Origin: Patescibacteria group bacterium
GTDB taxonomy: Bacteria > Patescibacteriota > UBA1384 > XYA2-FULL-43-10
Assembly: GCA_041674405.1 (NCBI GenBank)
Contig: JBAYVT010000005.1
Span: 90,001-122,000, forward strand
Reading direction: 5' to 3'
DNA length: 32,000 nt
The notes below the pieces were generated by a model, which saw only the letters and a list, made by a program, of their open reading frames with translations, did not search any database and was not told the origin of the DNA. Positions within the stretch are counted from its first letter, which is position 1, and every line of letters starts with the position of its first letter. The position numbers and the translations under genes were made by a program. Below, piece by piece: positions 17,168 to 26,150 of this stretch.

Positions 17168-17331
17168 GTTCTGTCGAATCTTAAAATTGGCTAACAATTT
17201 ACACATTGGAATCCCGATCAGTCGGGATTACTCTGCTTTCGCGGAGTAAGATCAAAATTTGATTCGGCCGTGGCCGAAGCGTGAGATCATCCACATACTC
17301 ATTCCAACCAATTTATAAGTATCGACAGAAC
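17168..17331. repeat. Nested inverted-repeat / multi-hairpin element
   Basis: Outer imperfect arms gttctgtcgaatcttaaaattgg (17168-17190) and ccaatttataagtatcgacagaac (17308-17331); then ttggaat/attccaa (17206-17212/17301-17307); inner hairpins at 17210-17229, 17229-17248 and 17263-17278. Confidence 0.75.
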
Positions 17332-17343
17332 TTTATTAATTTT

Positions 17344-17419
17344 CGGGGTATAGCGTAGTTGGTAGCGCGCAGGGCTGGGGGTCCTGAGGTCGCCGGTTCG
17401 AGTCCGGCTACCCCGACCA
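17344..17419 (+). tRNA. tRNA-Pro (GGG)
   Basis: CGGGGTATAGCGTAGTTGGTAGCGCGCAGGGCTGGGGGTCCTGAGGTCGCCGGTTCGAGTCCGGCTACCCCGACCA. Confidence 0.94.
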
Positions 17420-17423
17420 AAAA

Positions 17424-17783
17424 ATGAACGAGAATTTCAATAAAACCAGAAATGTAATCCCGATGTCTCCTGAGTTAGTAGACCTTATTTTGTCAGGCGA
17501 AAAAATCAAAACGTATAGATTTGGCCACAAGTATGATCATCTGAAGGTTGGAGATAGGGTTAAAATTACGAATTCACAATCAAATGAGCTCATCACAAAT
17601 GCAATAATCATAGATAAATTTTATCAAGACTTTAAAGACCTACCGATTGATATTCCTGGCCATGAACCTTATCAAAACAAAGAACATCAGAGACAGATAT
17701 TCAATGGGTATTATAAATATTTAGACAGACCGATACGCGACGATGATAAATTCATTGTGTTTGAATTTAAATTGTTAAATTAA
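17424..17783 (+). CDS. ASCH-domain-like protein
   Basis: 119 aa; MSPELVDLILSGEKIKTYRFGHKYDHLKVGDRVKI resembles ASCH/PUA-like fold. Start may be 17424 or 17463. Confidence 0.65.
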   Translation: MNENFNKTRNVIPMSPELVDLILSGEKIKTYRFGHKYDHLKVGDRVKITNSQSNELITNAIIIDKFYQDFKDLPIDIPGHEPYQNKEHQRQIFNGYYKYLDRPIRDDDKFIVFEFKLLN

Positions 17784-17849
17784 GATCAATTTGTCTTTTT
17801 TTTCTGATATTTGCTAAAATGTAGCCATACAATTTAAAAGTGAATCTTT

Positions 17850-20021
17850 ATGTCTAAGAATCCTGTTTGGATTAGGCCGGCATTTTTGGCCACAAGAGAA
17901 AAACTTGAGGATAGGTTTGTTTACGTTGGAAAAATCGCTAAAGAAGGGCAACCTTCCGTTTTTATGTTCTATTTGATAGAGATTCTGTCCCCCTGGCATC
18001 CATCTACGAAAGTTGAAGAAGTCATCACGAAAGCTTTGGCTAACGAGTATTCTCGAAAAGATGCGTACACACTTGAAGATTTTGAAGAAACCCTAAAAGT
18101 GGTCAATGAAAAACTCGGCGCCCTTTCACAAGATGGAGACAATGACTGGATCGGAAACTTAAACTCAATTGTCGGTCTCGTGGAAGCAGGTAATCTTCAC
18201 ATTTCTGTTTGCGGAAACATTCTAGGTTATCTCCTGCGAAAAGGAAAAATATCGTCTGTGACAGAGGGTTTATCCGCAGAAGAAGATCACCCTTTGAAAA
18301 CCTTTGTGAACATAACATCCGGAGCAATGGGAGAGAATGACAGAGTAATCATCGGCAATATTAATTTTTTTGATGTACTTTCAATTGATCGCCTCAAAAA
18401 ACTGACATGCGAAACTAGCGCAAAAGAGGCGATGTTTGAAATACATCGCACCCTTCGCCGCTCCAAGATCGATAAAACTAGTTGTATTATTTTAGATTGT
18501 GTCGAAGCCGAATTTAAAGAAACAGACAAAGAAAAAGAGCTGCCTGAAATGTTTTTTCTAGACCAATCTTCCGATACCGGGTTCTCAAAATTCATGAAAA
18601 AGGCTTCTCCGGTCGCCAAATCTGGAGCAAACTCAGCCAAAAAGGGATTGGTTAAATTTTTTCACTTTTCAAAAAAGGCTGCGGCAGGCGCCCACAAAAA
18701 ATGGAAGGAGAGTTATGGGCCCAAAACTAAGGAAATATTTGCAAAAGGCAAGAATAGCGCCGGTGCCGGAATTGCAAAAATTTCAAGCAGAATAAGAGAC
18801 AATCAACAAGTTAAATATATGGGCGTTAAAGTAAGGCCTTATTCCAAACGGCCCAAGGGAACATTATCTAGAATTATGGGTTCTGTCTTGAGTGCAATTT
18901 ATATGATCTCTGAAAAGAAAAACCGCCGATATTTATACGTTGGTCTCGCAATCATCCTTGTACTTATCGGCTATATGAAAATTCGGGCAAATAATGCAAA
19001 CCGTGTGGCATTAAATACAGAAAGAGAAATTACCGAGAGTTATACCCAAGCTGTTGATTTATTCAATCAAGCAAAAGATGATCTTTCGCTTGGCAAACCC
19101 AATGCCAAAGATGAGTTCGCATCGGCACTTGATTTAGCAATCAAGGCCCAAGGAAGCGAAGCCACGAAAAACGAGGCGATCGTTCTTGCAAACGAAATTA
19201 CCGATAAACTCGATGGGCTTATCTCTGCTACCCGATTTAGAAATTTAAGTCCCCTATTTTCAGTCAATGGCAATGTTGCCCATAGCGCTTTAGTCGGTAC
19301 AACCATATATTCCATTACCGACACTGGCCGAATTTATGCGACAGATACCAAAGACCAATCACCAAAATTAGTGGCTTCTGTTCCATCAGATGCGGGAAAT
19401 ATAATTTCTAGTACCTTTGCTGATTCCCAGAATATACTTTTCTTTTTAACGGATAAGGACAAAATTCTTTCCTTGGACATCGATAATAATACCATTGGCT
19501 CTCCATCTCTTGCTTCAGGCGCCTCCTGGGAAACATCGGCGGCAATCGGTGCATATGTTTCAAATCTTTATTTGTTGGATGCAGAGAGTGGCACAATATG
19601 GAAGCATATCGAAAGCAACAATGCTTTTGGAAAAGGCTCTTCTTACGCCCCAACCAAAGATATTGACCTCAAGGGGGCAATCGATATCACAATTGATGGT
19701 AACATTTATATCCTAAAATCTGATTCAAGCATTGCAAAATTTGTTAAAGGTTCATATGACAGCTCTTTTTCAGTAAAAGCTTTGCCCTCGCCTTTTGATA
19801 AGATTGAAAAACCCGCAGGTATTTTTACTGATTCAGATACTAACTACATCTATGTTCTAGACAAAGGACAAAACAGGATTATCCGATTTGATAAAACAGG
19901 CACTTTTGTAAATCAATATTTCTTCGATGGTGCAACAATAGATCAGTTTTTTATAAATCCACGAATCCAAAAAATGTGGGTTTTCTCAGGCAATAGTGTT
20001 TATGAGATAAATGTTCAATAG
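17850..20021 (+). CDS. Large membrane protein: PP2C-like N-terminal region, TM helix, C-terminal beta-propeller (NHL-like)
   Basis: 723 aa; GLVEAGNLHISVCGNILGYLLRKGKI...MGENDRVIIGN (PP2C-like); TM YLYVGLAIILVLIGYM; C-terminal repeats ending PAGIFTDSDTNYIYVLDKGQNRIIRFDKTGTFVNQYFF. Confidence 0.7.
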   Translation: MSKNPVWIRPAFLATREKLEDRFVYVGKIAKEGQPSVFMFYLIEILSPWHPSTKVEEVITKALANEYSRKDAYTLEDFEETLKVVNEKLGALSQDGDNDWIGNLNSIVGLVEAGNLHISVCGNILGYLLRKGKISSVTEGLSAEEDHPLKTFVNITSGAMGENDRVIIGNINFFDVLSIDRLKKLTCETSAKEAMFEIHRTLRRSKIDKTSCIILDCVEAEFKETDKEKELPEMFFLDQSSDTGFSKFMKKASPVAKSGANSAKKGLVKFFHFSKKAAAGAHKKWKESYGPKTKEIFAKGKNSAGAGIAKISSRIRDNQQVKYMGVKVRPYSKRPKGTLSRIMGSVLSAIYMISEKKNRRYLYVGLAIILVLIGYMKIRANNANRVALNTEREITESYTQAVDLFNQAKDDLSLGKPNAKDEFASALDLAIKAQGSEATKNEAIVLANEITDKLDGLISATRFRNLSPLFSVNGNVAHSALVGTTIYSITDTGRIYATDTKDQSPKLVASVPSDAGNIISSTFADSQNILFFLTDKDKILSLDIDNNTIGSPSLASGASWETSAAIGAYVSNLYLLDAESGTIWKHIESNNAFGKGSSYAPTKDIDLKGAIDITIDGNIYILKSDSSIAKFVKGSYDSSFSVKALPSPFDKIEKPAGIFTDSDTNYIYVLDKGQNRIIRFDKTGTFVNQYFFDGATIDQFFINPRIQKMWVFSGNSVYEINVQ

Positions 20022-20057
20022 TTTTTAGTTATTCGAAATTATTTTTTAGTTAACAAG

Positions 20058-20076
20058 GCACCGCAAGGTGCTTTTT
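20058..20076 (+). terminator. Intrinsic terminator with GCAA loop
   Basis: gcacc gcaa ggtgc ttttt. Confidence 0.75.
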
Positions 20077-20079
20077 ACA

Positions 20080-21780
20080 TCACATTTTCTCCGGTGCTTC
20101 AATGTCACAGATTCTAAGGGAATTAGCGATGATTGTTCTTGCTGCACGTACAAGTGAGAGCCGGGCAAGGGTTAATTTTTTATCATCGGACAGAACCTGG
20201 CAATTGGTATAAAATTCATGAAATAGCCCTGCAATTTTATAGGCATAGTGGGGGAGCAACTGAATTTGAAAATCAGATATGATATTTGAAAGAATGTCCG
20301 GATATTTTACAAGCTCTTTTATGAGTTGGATTTCACTTTCGTCTTTTAATAAGGAAAAATCAAAGTCTCCATCACCGATCCCCTCTTCCTCTGCCTTTCT
20401 TAAAATGCTGGCAGTTCTGGCATGTGCATATTCAATATAAAATACTGGGTTTTTTTCTGAACGCTCTTTCGCAAGCTCAATATCAAAATCGATGGGGGTA
20501 TTTGAATTCTGTGAAACAACGAAATATTTAAATGCATCAGCAGAAACTCCAGCTTCAATCACTTGCCGCAAAGTAACAAAATTACCGAATCGCTTTCCCA
20601 TTTTTACAATCTCGTCTCCGTTTTTAAGCCTGACATATTGGTATAAAATTACTTTTATTTTATCCTCGTCAATTCCAATCGCAGCCATCGCAGCCAAAAG
20701 GCGCGGGATATGTCCATGATGGTTCGACCCCCAGACATCAACTACAAGCCCGTTCCCCCGTTCAATCTTTTCCTTGTGATAGGCAATATCATCAGCAAAA
20801 TATGTCAATGTCCCAGCTTCATCACTCTTTTTCAAAACCGATTCCCTGTCAGAAAGATCGGGATCAGCAGGATTTTTAAACCAAAGAGCTCCCTCTTTTT
20901 TGGCCGTAAAACCTTTTTCATTTAGTTCTTCGATTATTTTGTCTGATTCTCCATTTTTTTCAATTTCACTCTGATAAAACCAGTGATCAAATTTGATGCC
21001 GAGTAGCTCGATATCAGCCTGAATCATTTCAATAATTTTTTTCAAACCCTCTTTCTTGAAAAATTCAACAAATTCTTCCCTGTTTTGCATTTTAGCTAAT
21101 TTTTCTTTTCGCTCTTCAAAAATATTTTTAGAAATTTCTTCGAGATATGCACCTGGATACCCTTTTTCTGGAAAATCTGCAGGAAATCCATTCGCTTTTT
21201 CATACCAATAATATATCGTCTCCGCGAGGCGGTTCACTTGGCCACCAATATCGTTTACATAAAATTCACGCTCAACTTTGTAACCAAAATTCTCAAAAAT
21301 ATTAGCAATCATTTCGCCAATAGGACCAGATCTTGCATTCCCAACATGTAGAGGACCAGTCGGATTTGCGGAAATATATTCTACATTTACAGATTTGCCG
21401 CTGCCCTTTGTGCTCTTGCCATACCCACTTCCCTTGTTAAGTATTGCCTTAAATTCTGAAAGATAAAACTCTTTACTTAAATTGATATTTATAAATCCAG
21501 GGCCAGCAACTAAGGCATCCAAAATTAAATCATCGGGTTTAATACGATCAGCGATTTCCTGTGCAACCTCCCGTGGATTTATCTTTCTCTGGTTGGCAAT
21601 AATCATTGCAACATTACTGGCATAATCAGCGTTGGTCGCTGGCGGTGGTTCAGTAATATCAAAAGAAATTAGCTCTTTATAACCCGCAGCTTCCACAGCC
21701 TCAAAAATTTTTGATTTAAGCTTTTCAACAATCATAAAAATATCTTTCCCATCATTGCGAACCCCAAAGGGGCGCGACAA
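20080..21780 (-). CDS. argS: Arginyl-tRNA synthetase
   Basis: VNVEYISANPTGPLHVGNARSGPIGEMIANIFENFGY, VDVWGSNHHGHIPRL; likely start is internal Met at 21735 (MIVEKLKSKIFEAV). Confidence 0.95.
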   Translation of the reverse strand: MSRPFGVRNDGKDIFMIVEKLKSKIFEAVEAAGYKELISFDITEPPPATNADYASNVAMIIANQRKINPREVAQEIADRIKPDDLILDALVAGPGFININLSKEFYLSEFKAILNKGSGYGKSTKGSGKSVNVEYISANPTGPLHVGNARSGPIGEMIANIFENFGYKVEREFYVNDIGGQVNRLAETIYYWYEKANGFPADFPEKGYPGAYLEEISKNIFEERKEKLAKMQNREEFVEFFKKEGLKKIIEMIQADIELLGIKFDHWFYQSEIEKNGESDKIIEELNEKGFTAKKEGALWFKNPADPDLSDRESVLKKSDEAGTLTYFADDIAYHKEKIERGNGLVVDVWGSNHHGHIPRLLAAMAAIGIDEDKIKVILYQYVRLKNGDEIVKMGKRFGNFVTLRQVIEAGVSADAFKYFVVSQNSNTPIDFDIELAKERSEKNPVFYIEYAHARTASILRKAEEEGIGDGDFDFSLLKDESEIQLIKELVKYPDILSNIISDFQIQLLPHYAYKIAGLFHEFYTNCQVLSDDKKLTLARLSLVRAARTIIANSLRICDIEAPEKM

Positions 21781-21869
21781 TCTTTATTATAGAAATTGCT
21801 TCGTCCTCGCATTACTCGCAATAACTGATTTATGTAAATATGCGTAACAGACTGTGTAATATTCTCCAA

Positions 21870-23039
21870 TTATTTTATGCGCCAATATTTTAATTTTCCG
21901 ACCTGGATAACCATACCCTTATAAGCTGAAATTGTTGACTTGGGATCAGAAATCTTTGCCCCGTCAACCCTGATTGCACCTTGTTGAATCAATCTGCGAG
22001 CCTCTGAATTGGAATTTGCTGCTCCGATTTCTACGATTAAAAGCGGAAGTTCATAATTGCCCGTGAGTTTAATTTCAGGCATTTTGTCTGGCATTTTTTT
22101 CTCACGAAATTGGGCAGAAAATGACGCGGCAGCCTTTTTGGATTCTTCCTCTCCGTGATAGAGCTTTACAATTTCAAGCGCTAACTTTTCTTTTATATCG
22201 CGAGGATTTTTACCAGATTTCAACTCGTCATCAATTTTTTTTATGTTTTTTTCATCATACAAAGCACAAAGTTCAAAATAGGTCAAAATCAGCGAATCAG
22301 GAATCGACATAATTTTTCCAAACATTATTGGCGCAGGCTCAGTAATCCCAATATAATTGCCTTCGCTCTTGCTCATTTTTTTCTTACCATCAGTGCCAAC
22401 CAAGAGCTTAAAAAGAACAATTTCTTGTGGAATTTGGCCAATTTTTTTCTGCAATTCTCTTCCAGCTAAAATATTGAACTTCTGATCTGAGCCGCCAAAT
22501 TCAATATCTGCGTTTAATGCGACTGAATCATACGCTTGCATTAGGGGATAAAGCAGCTCGTGTAAGCCAACCTCTACACGATCTTTGATCCGTTTCGAAA
22601 AATCATCACGTTCAATGATTGAGGCTACAGTAAACTTTCCAGCAAGAGAAAGTATGTCACTAAAAGTCATGTTTTTGAACCACTCAGAATTGTATCTGAC
22701 TTCAGTTTTTTTAAGGTCCAAAATTTTTGAAACCTGATCAAAATATGTCTTGGCATTACACTTAATTTCTTCATCAGAGAGAACAGGGCGTGTTGTATTT
22801 CTGCCCGATGGATCGCCAATTTTGGTAGTGTAGTCGCCTATCAGAAAAATAACAGTGTGTCCCATTTCCTGTAATTCTTTAAGCTTCCACATCGCCACCG
22901 CATGGCCCAGATGGATGTCTGGCCTTGTCGGATCTACCCCGTATTTAATGCGAAGTTTTTTGCCTGTTTTCAATCTTTTTTGAAGCGAATCACTGCTGAT
23001 AATTTCTTCAACTCCAGATTTCCACAAATTATTTTTCAT
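21870..23039 (-). CDS. tyrS: Tyrosyl-tRNA synthetase
   Basis: 389 aa; KLRIKYGVDPTRPDIHLGHAVAMWKL, GGSDQKFNILAGRELQ, GTDGKKKMSKSEGNYIGI, C-terminal S4-like domain. Confidence 0.93.
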   Translation of the reverse strand: MKNNLWKSGVEEIISSDSLQKRLKTGKKLRIKYGVDPTRPDIHLGHAVAMWKLKELQEMGHTVIFLIGDYTTKIGDPSGRNTTRPVLSDEEIKCNAKTYFDQVSKILDLKKTEVRYNSEWFKNMTFSDILSLAGKFTVASIIERDDFSKRIKDRVEVGLHELLYPLMQAYDSVALNADIEFGGSDQKFNILAGRELQKKIGQIPQEIVLFKLLVGTDGKKKMSKSEGNYIGITEPAPIMFGKIMSIPDSLILTYFELCALYDEKNIKKIDDELKSGKNPRDIKEKLALEIVKLYHGEEESKKAAASFSAQFREKKMPDKMPEIKLTGNYELPLLIVEIGAANSNSEARRLIQQGAIRVDGAKISDPKSTISAYKGMVIQVGKLKYWRIK

Positions 23040-23209
23040 GTTTTCCTCTTTTTATGCTTCTATACTTACTAAATTTCGACTGGGGAAAAGTGCCTGGAAA
23101 TTTAGTAGTGTTAAGAATCTTTCCATCATTCTTGACACTTCAACCTCATCTCCGTATAATTGTGTCGTTTCAAGTTAATGTAAATTTTTTCGACTAAAAA
23201 TTGACTCGT

Positions 23210-23246
23210 ATATTCTGTTTACAGAATATCAATCTGATTCTATAAT
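23210..23246 (+). promoter_or_regulatory. Sigma70-like promoter for PBP gene with overlapping palindrome
   Basis: TTTACA (23218-23223), 17-nt spacer, TATAAT (23241-23246); palindrome atattctg-ttta-cagaatat at 23210-23229 covers the -35. Confidence 0.6.
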
Positions 23247-23293
23247 GTAAAGCATAGAACTTCGAGAAGAAGGGTAATCGAAGAAAGGTTTAA

Positions 23294-26074
23294 ATGTCAA
23301 AAAAGCATGATCTTTTTGGAAAACTGAGAAATCCGCTCAATATCAAAAAACTCTTAACCCCACATCGCAAAAAAAAGTTTACGTGGAAAACATTAGGGAA
23401 ATACGCACTTTACGCATTGGGCGCATTTGTTGTTTTTATTATCATTCTCTTTGTTTGGTATGCTAAAGATCTTCCCACCCCATCGAAGATTGCAAGCCAA
23501 ACCATGTCTCAATCCACAAAATTGTACGATCGAACCGGCAACACCTTGCTGTACGAAACCGGTAATGAAAAACGAACAATTGTAAAAAGTGATCAATTTT
23601 CCGATAACTTGAAAAAAGCAACTGTCGCAGTCGAGGATTCGGATTTTTATTCAAATCACGGATTTTCGATCCGCGGTATCATGTCCGCAGTGTGGCAAAA
23701 GGTTTCTGGAAAAACAGTGGTAATGCGCGGAGGATCAACCATTACCCAACAATATGTCAAAAATGCACTCCTAACATCTGATCGATCTTTTTCAAGAAAA
23801 GTAAAAGAACTAATCCTGTCGATCGAACTTGAATTTATGTACAACAAAGATGAAATTTTGACAATGTATTTAAATGAAATTCCCTATGGCAATTCAACCG
23901 CAGGCGCCGAAGCTGCGTCGGCAATGTACTATGGAATTCCGGCCAAAGATCTGGACTTGTCACAGGCAGCCACTATCGCCGCAATTCCCCAAGCACCAAC
24001 TTATTATTCCCCTTATGGCACGCATACTAATTCTCTAATCAATCGCAAAAATTATGTTCTCGACCGAATGGTTGATACTAAGGTAATCACCAAGGAGCAA
24101 GCGGATGCCGCCAAAGCCCAAGACACGACCACCGTTGGAACGATAATCAAACCGCGAAAAGACAATTTGATCGCACCTCACTTTGCAATGTATGTTTTGC
24201 AAGAAGCTGTTGATGAATATGGTGAACAGGCTATTCAAAATGAAGGATTAAGCATTACCACCACCCTTGATTATGACAAGCAAAAAATCGCCGAGGACGC
24301 AATAACAGCTGGCATGCCAAAAGTTGAAAAATATGGAGGATCAAACGGCGCTTTGGTCTCTGTGGACACCAAAACCGGACAAATTCTCACAATGGTAGGA
24401 TCAAAGGATTATTATGATACTTCAATTGACGGTAATGTTAATGTTACTGATTCACTACGCCAGCCAGGATCATCCTTTAAGCCCTATGTCTACGCGACAG
24501 CTCTTAAATCGAAAGAGTTTTCTCCTGCTCGAACGCTATTTGATTTAACGACAGATTTTGGCGGAGGATATGTTCCCCATGATTATGACGGATCCACGCG
24601 CGGGCCAGTGACCCTTCGCCAAGCTCTTGATAATTCACTTAACATTCCAGCAGTCAAAACGCTTTCTCTCGCAGGCATTGATAATGTGATTGAAACAGCA
24701 AAAAGCATGGGGGTTACTTCCTTAAATGATCGAGATAAATATGGTTTATCATTCGCCCTCGGAACTGCGGAGATCCGGCCGGTCGAGATGGCGGGAGCAT
24801 TCGCAACATTTGCTACAAATGGCATACATCATGACGTAAAAAGTATATTAAAAGTAACCGATTCACATGGAAAGTTACTATATGAATATAAACAGGAAAA
24901 AGACAAAGGAAACCAGGCGCTTGACCCACAAATTGCTTATGAGATGAGCAATATACTTTCCGATAATCAGGCGCGATCACTAGTGTTCGGCACACGCTCT
25001 CCATTGGCATTCTCCGGAAAAACAATCGGTGCCAAAACCGGCACCACTTCAGATTTCAAAGATGCATGGACGGTTGGTTTTTCAAAATCCATTGCCACTG
25101 CTGTTTGGGTGGGTAACAACAATAATACAAAGATGAGCAGCGGAGCAGATGGTGTTGTGGTCGCTGCCCCGATTTTTCATACATACATGGACAAGGTGGT
25201 TACAGCCGATGAGCCATTTGATAAGCCAGAAGGAATTCAAACTGTTACTGTTGATCGTTTTTCAATGAAATTACCGACCGATCAAACAACCGAGACCATT
25301 ACTGACATTTTTGCATCATGGCAAGTTCCCACAGAAAAAGACGCGACCAGCGTTAGCGTTAAAGTCTGCAAATCAAACGGACTCTTGGCTGGTGATGATG
25401 TAAATGAAGCCCTTACCGAATACAGGTCATATCGCGCAGTACATTCAGAGCGTCCTGACAATCCAAATTGGGAAGGGCCAGTTCGATCTTGGGCAGAGGC
25501 CCATGGCTACGCCAATTTTCCACCGACAGAAAAATGCAATCCTGGCGACGCATCATTACAAGTGACGATCAATACCCCGGGTAATGGTGATAGCGTTTCG
25601 GGCAGCAGTTCAATATCAGCTTCAGTAAACGGGACCTTTAACATAAAAGACGTAACTTTTTATATCGATGACATATCTATTGGCAGTGACGATTCTACCC
25701 CATACGCAGTGAATTTTGATTTCGACAACCTATCTGAAGGAAATCACACCATTTCTGCCATTGCCACGGATGTAACAGGCACTACTTCGAAAGATACGAT
25801 TTCAATCATAAGCTCAAAATCTCCGCCAACAATTTCCGCAATTGATGCCCAGGTTTCCGGAACCAGTGTCACTATAACCTGGACTACCAACAAAGAATCA
25901 AGTTCTCAGGTACTATACGGACTTACGAATGCATTGGGGTCGTCATCCTCACTTGATCCTAATAACAAAACTTCACATTCGGTTAAAATTAATGGATTAT
26001 CTCCAGGAAAAAAATATTATTTTCAAGTGAAATCGGGATCAGCCACATCAGACATTAAAAATTTTCAAACTTAA
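23294..26074 (+). CDS. Class A penicillin-binding protein (PBP1A-like) with C-terminal Ig-like and fibronectin type III-like domains
   Basis: TVAVEDSDFYSNHGFSIRGI, RGGSTITQQYVKN (transglycosylase); RQPGSSFKPYVYATAL, SLNIPAV, AKTGTTSDFKDAWTVGF (transpeptidase). Confidence 0.95.
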   Translation: MSKKHDLFGKLRNPLNIKKLLTPHRKKKFTWKTLGKYALYALGAFVVFIIILFVWYAKDLPTPSKIASQTMSQSTKLYDRTGNTLLYETGNEKRTIVKSDQFSDNLKKATVAVEDSDFYSNHGFSIRGIMSAVWQKVSGKTVVMRGGSTITQQYVKNALLTSDRSFSRKVKELILSIELEFMYNKDEILTMYLNEIPYGNSTAGAEAASAMYYGIPAKDLDLSQAATIAAIPQAPTYYSPYGTHTNSLINRKNYVLDRMVDTKVITKEQADAAKAQDTTTVGTIIKPRKDNLIAPHFAMYVLQEAVDEYGEQAIQNEGLSITTTLDYDKQKIAEDAITAGMPKVEKYGGSNGALVSVDTKTGQILTMVGSKDYYDTSIDGNVNVTDSLRQPGSSFKPYVYATALKSKEFSPARTLFDLTTDFGGGYVPHDYDGSTRGPVTLRQALDNSLNIPAVKTLSLAGIDNVIETAKSMGVTSLNDRDKYGLSFALGTAEIRPVEMAGAFATFATNGIHHDVKSILKVTDSHGKLLYEYKQEKDKGNQALDPQIAYEMSNILSDNQARSLVFGTRSPLAFSGKTIGAKTGTTSDFKDAWTVGFSKSIATAVWVGNNNNTKMSSGADGVVVAAPIFHTYMDKVVTADEPFDKPEGIQTVTVDRFSMKLPTDQTTETITDIFASWQVPTEKDATSVSVKVCKSNGLLAGDDVNEALTEYRSYRAVHSERPDNPNWEGPVRSWAEAHGYANFPPTEKCNPGDASLQVTINTPGNGDSVSGSSSISASVNGTFNIKDVTFYIDDISIGSDDSTPYAVNFDFDNLSEGNHTISAIATDVTGTTSKDTISIISSKSPPTISAIDAQVSGTSVTITWTTNKESSSQVLYGLTNALGSSSSLDPNNKTSHSVKINGLSPGKKYYFQVKSGSATSDIKNFQT

Positions 26075-26103
26075 AGAACTCAAATTAAATTTGTGTTTAA
26101 TCT

Positions 26104-26136
26104 GACAAAAGCGGCAAAAAGCCGCTTTTGTCTTTT
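26104..26136. terminator. Terminator between convergent PBP and radA
   Basis: gacaaaagcggc aaaaa gccgcttttgtc tttt, perfect 12-bp stem. Confidence 0.9.
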
Positions 26137-26150
26137 GTTTAGAACTTATT

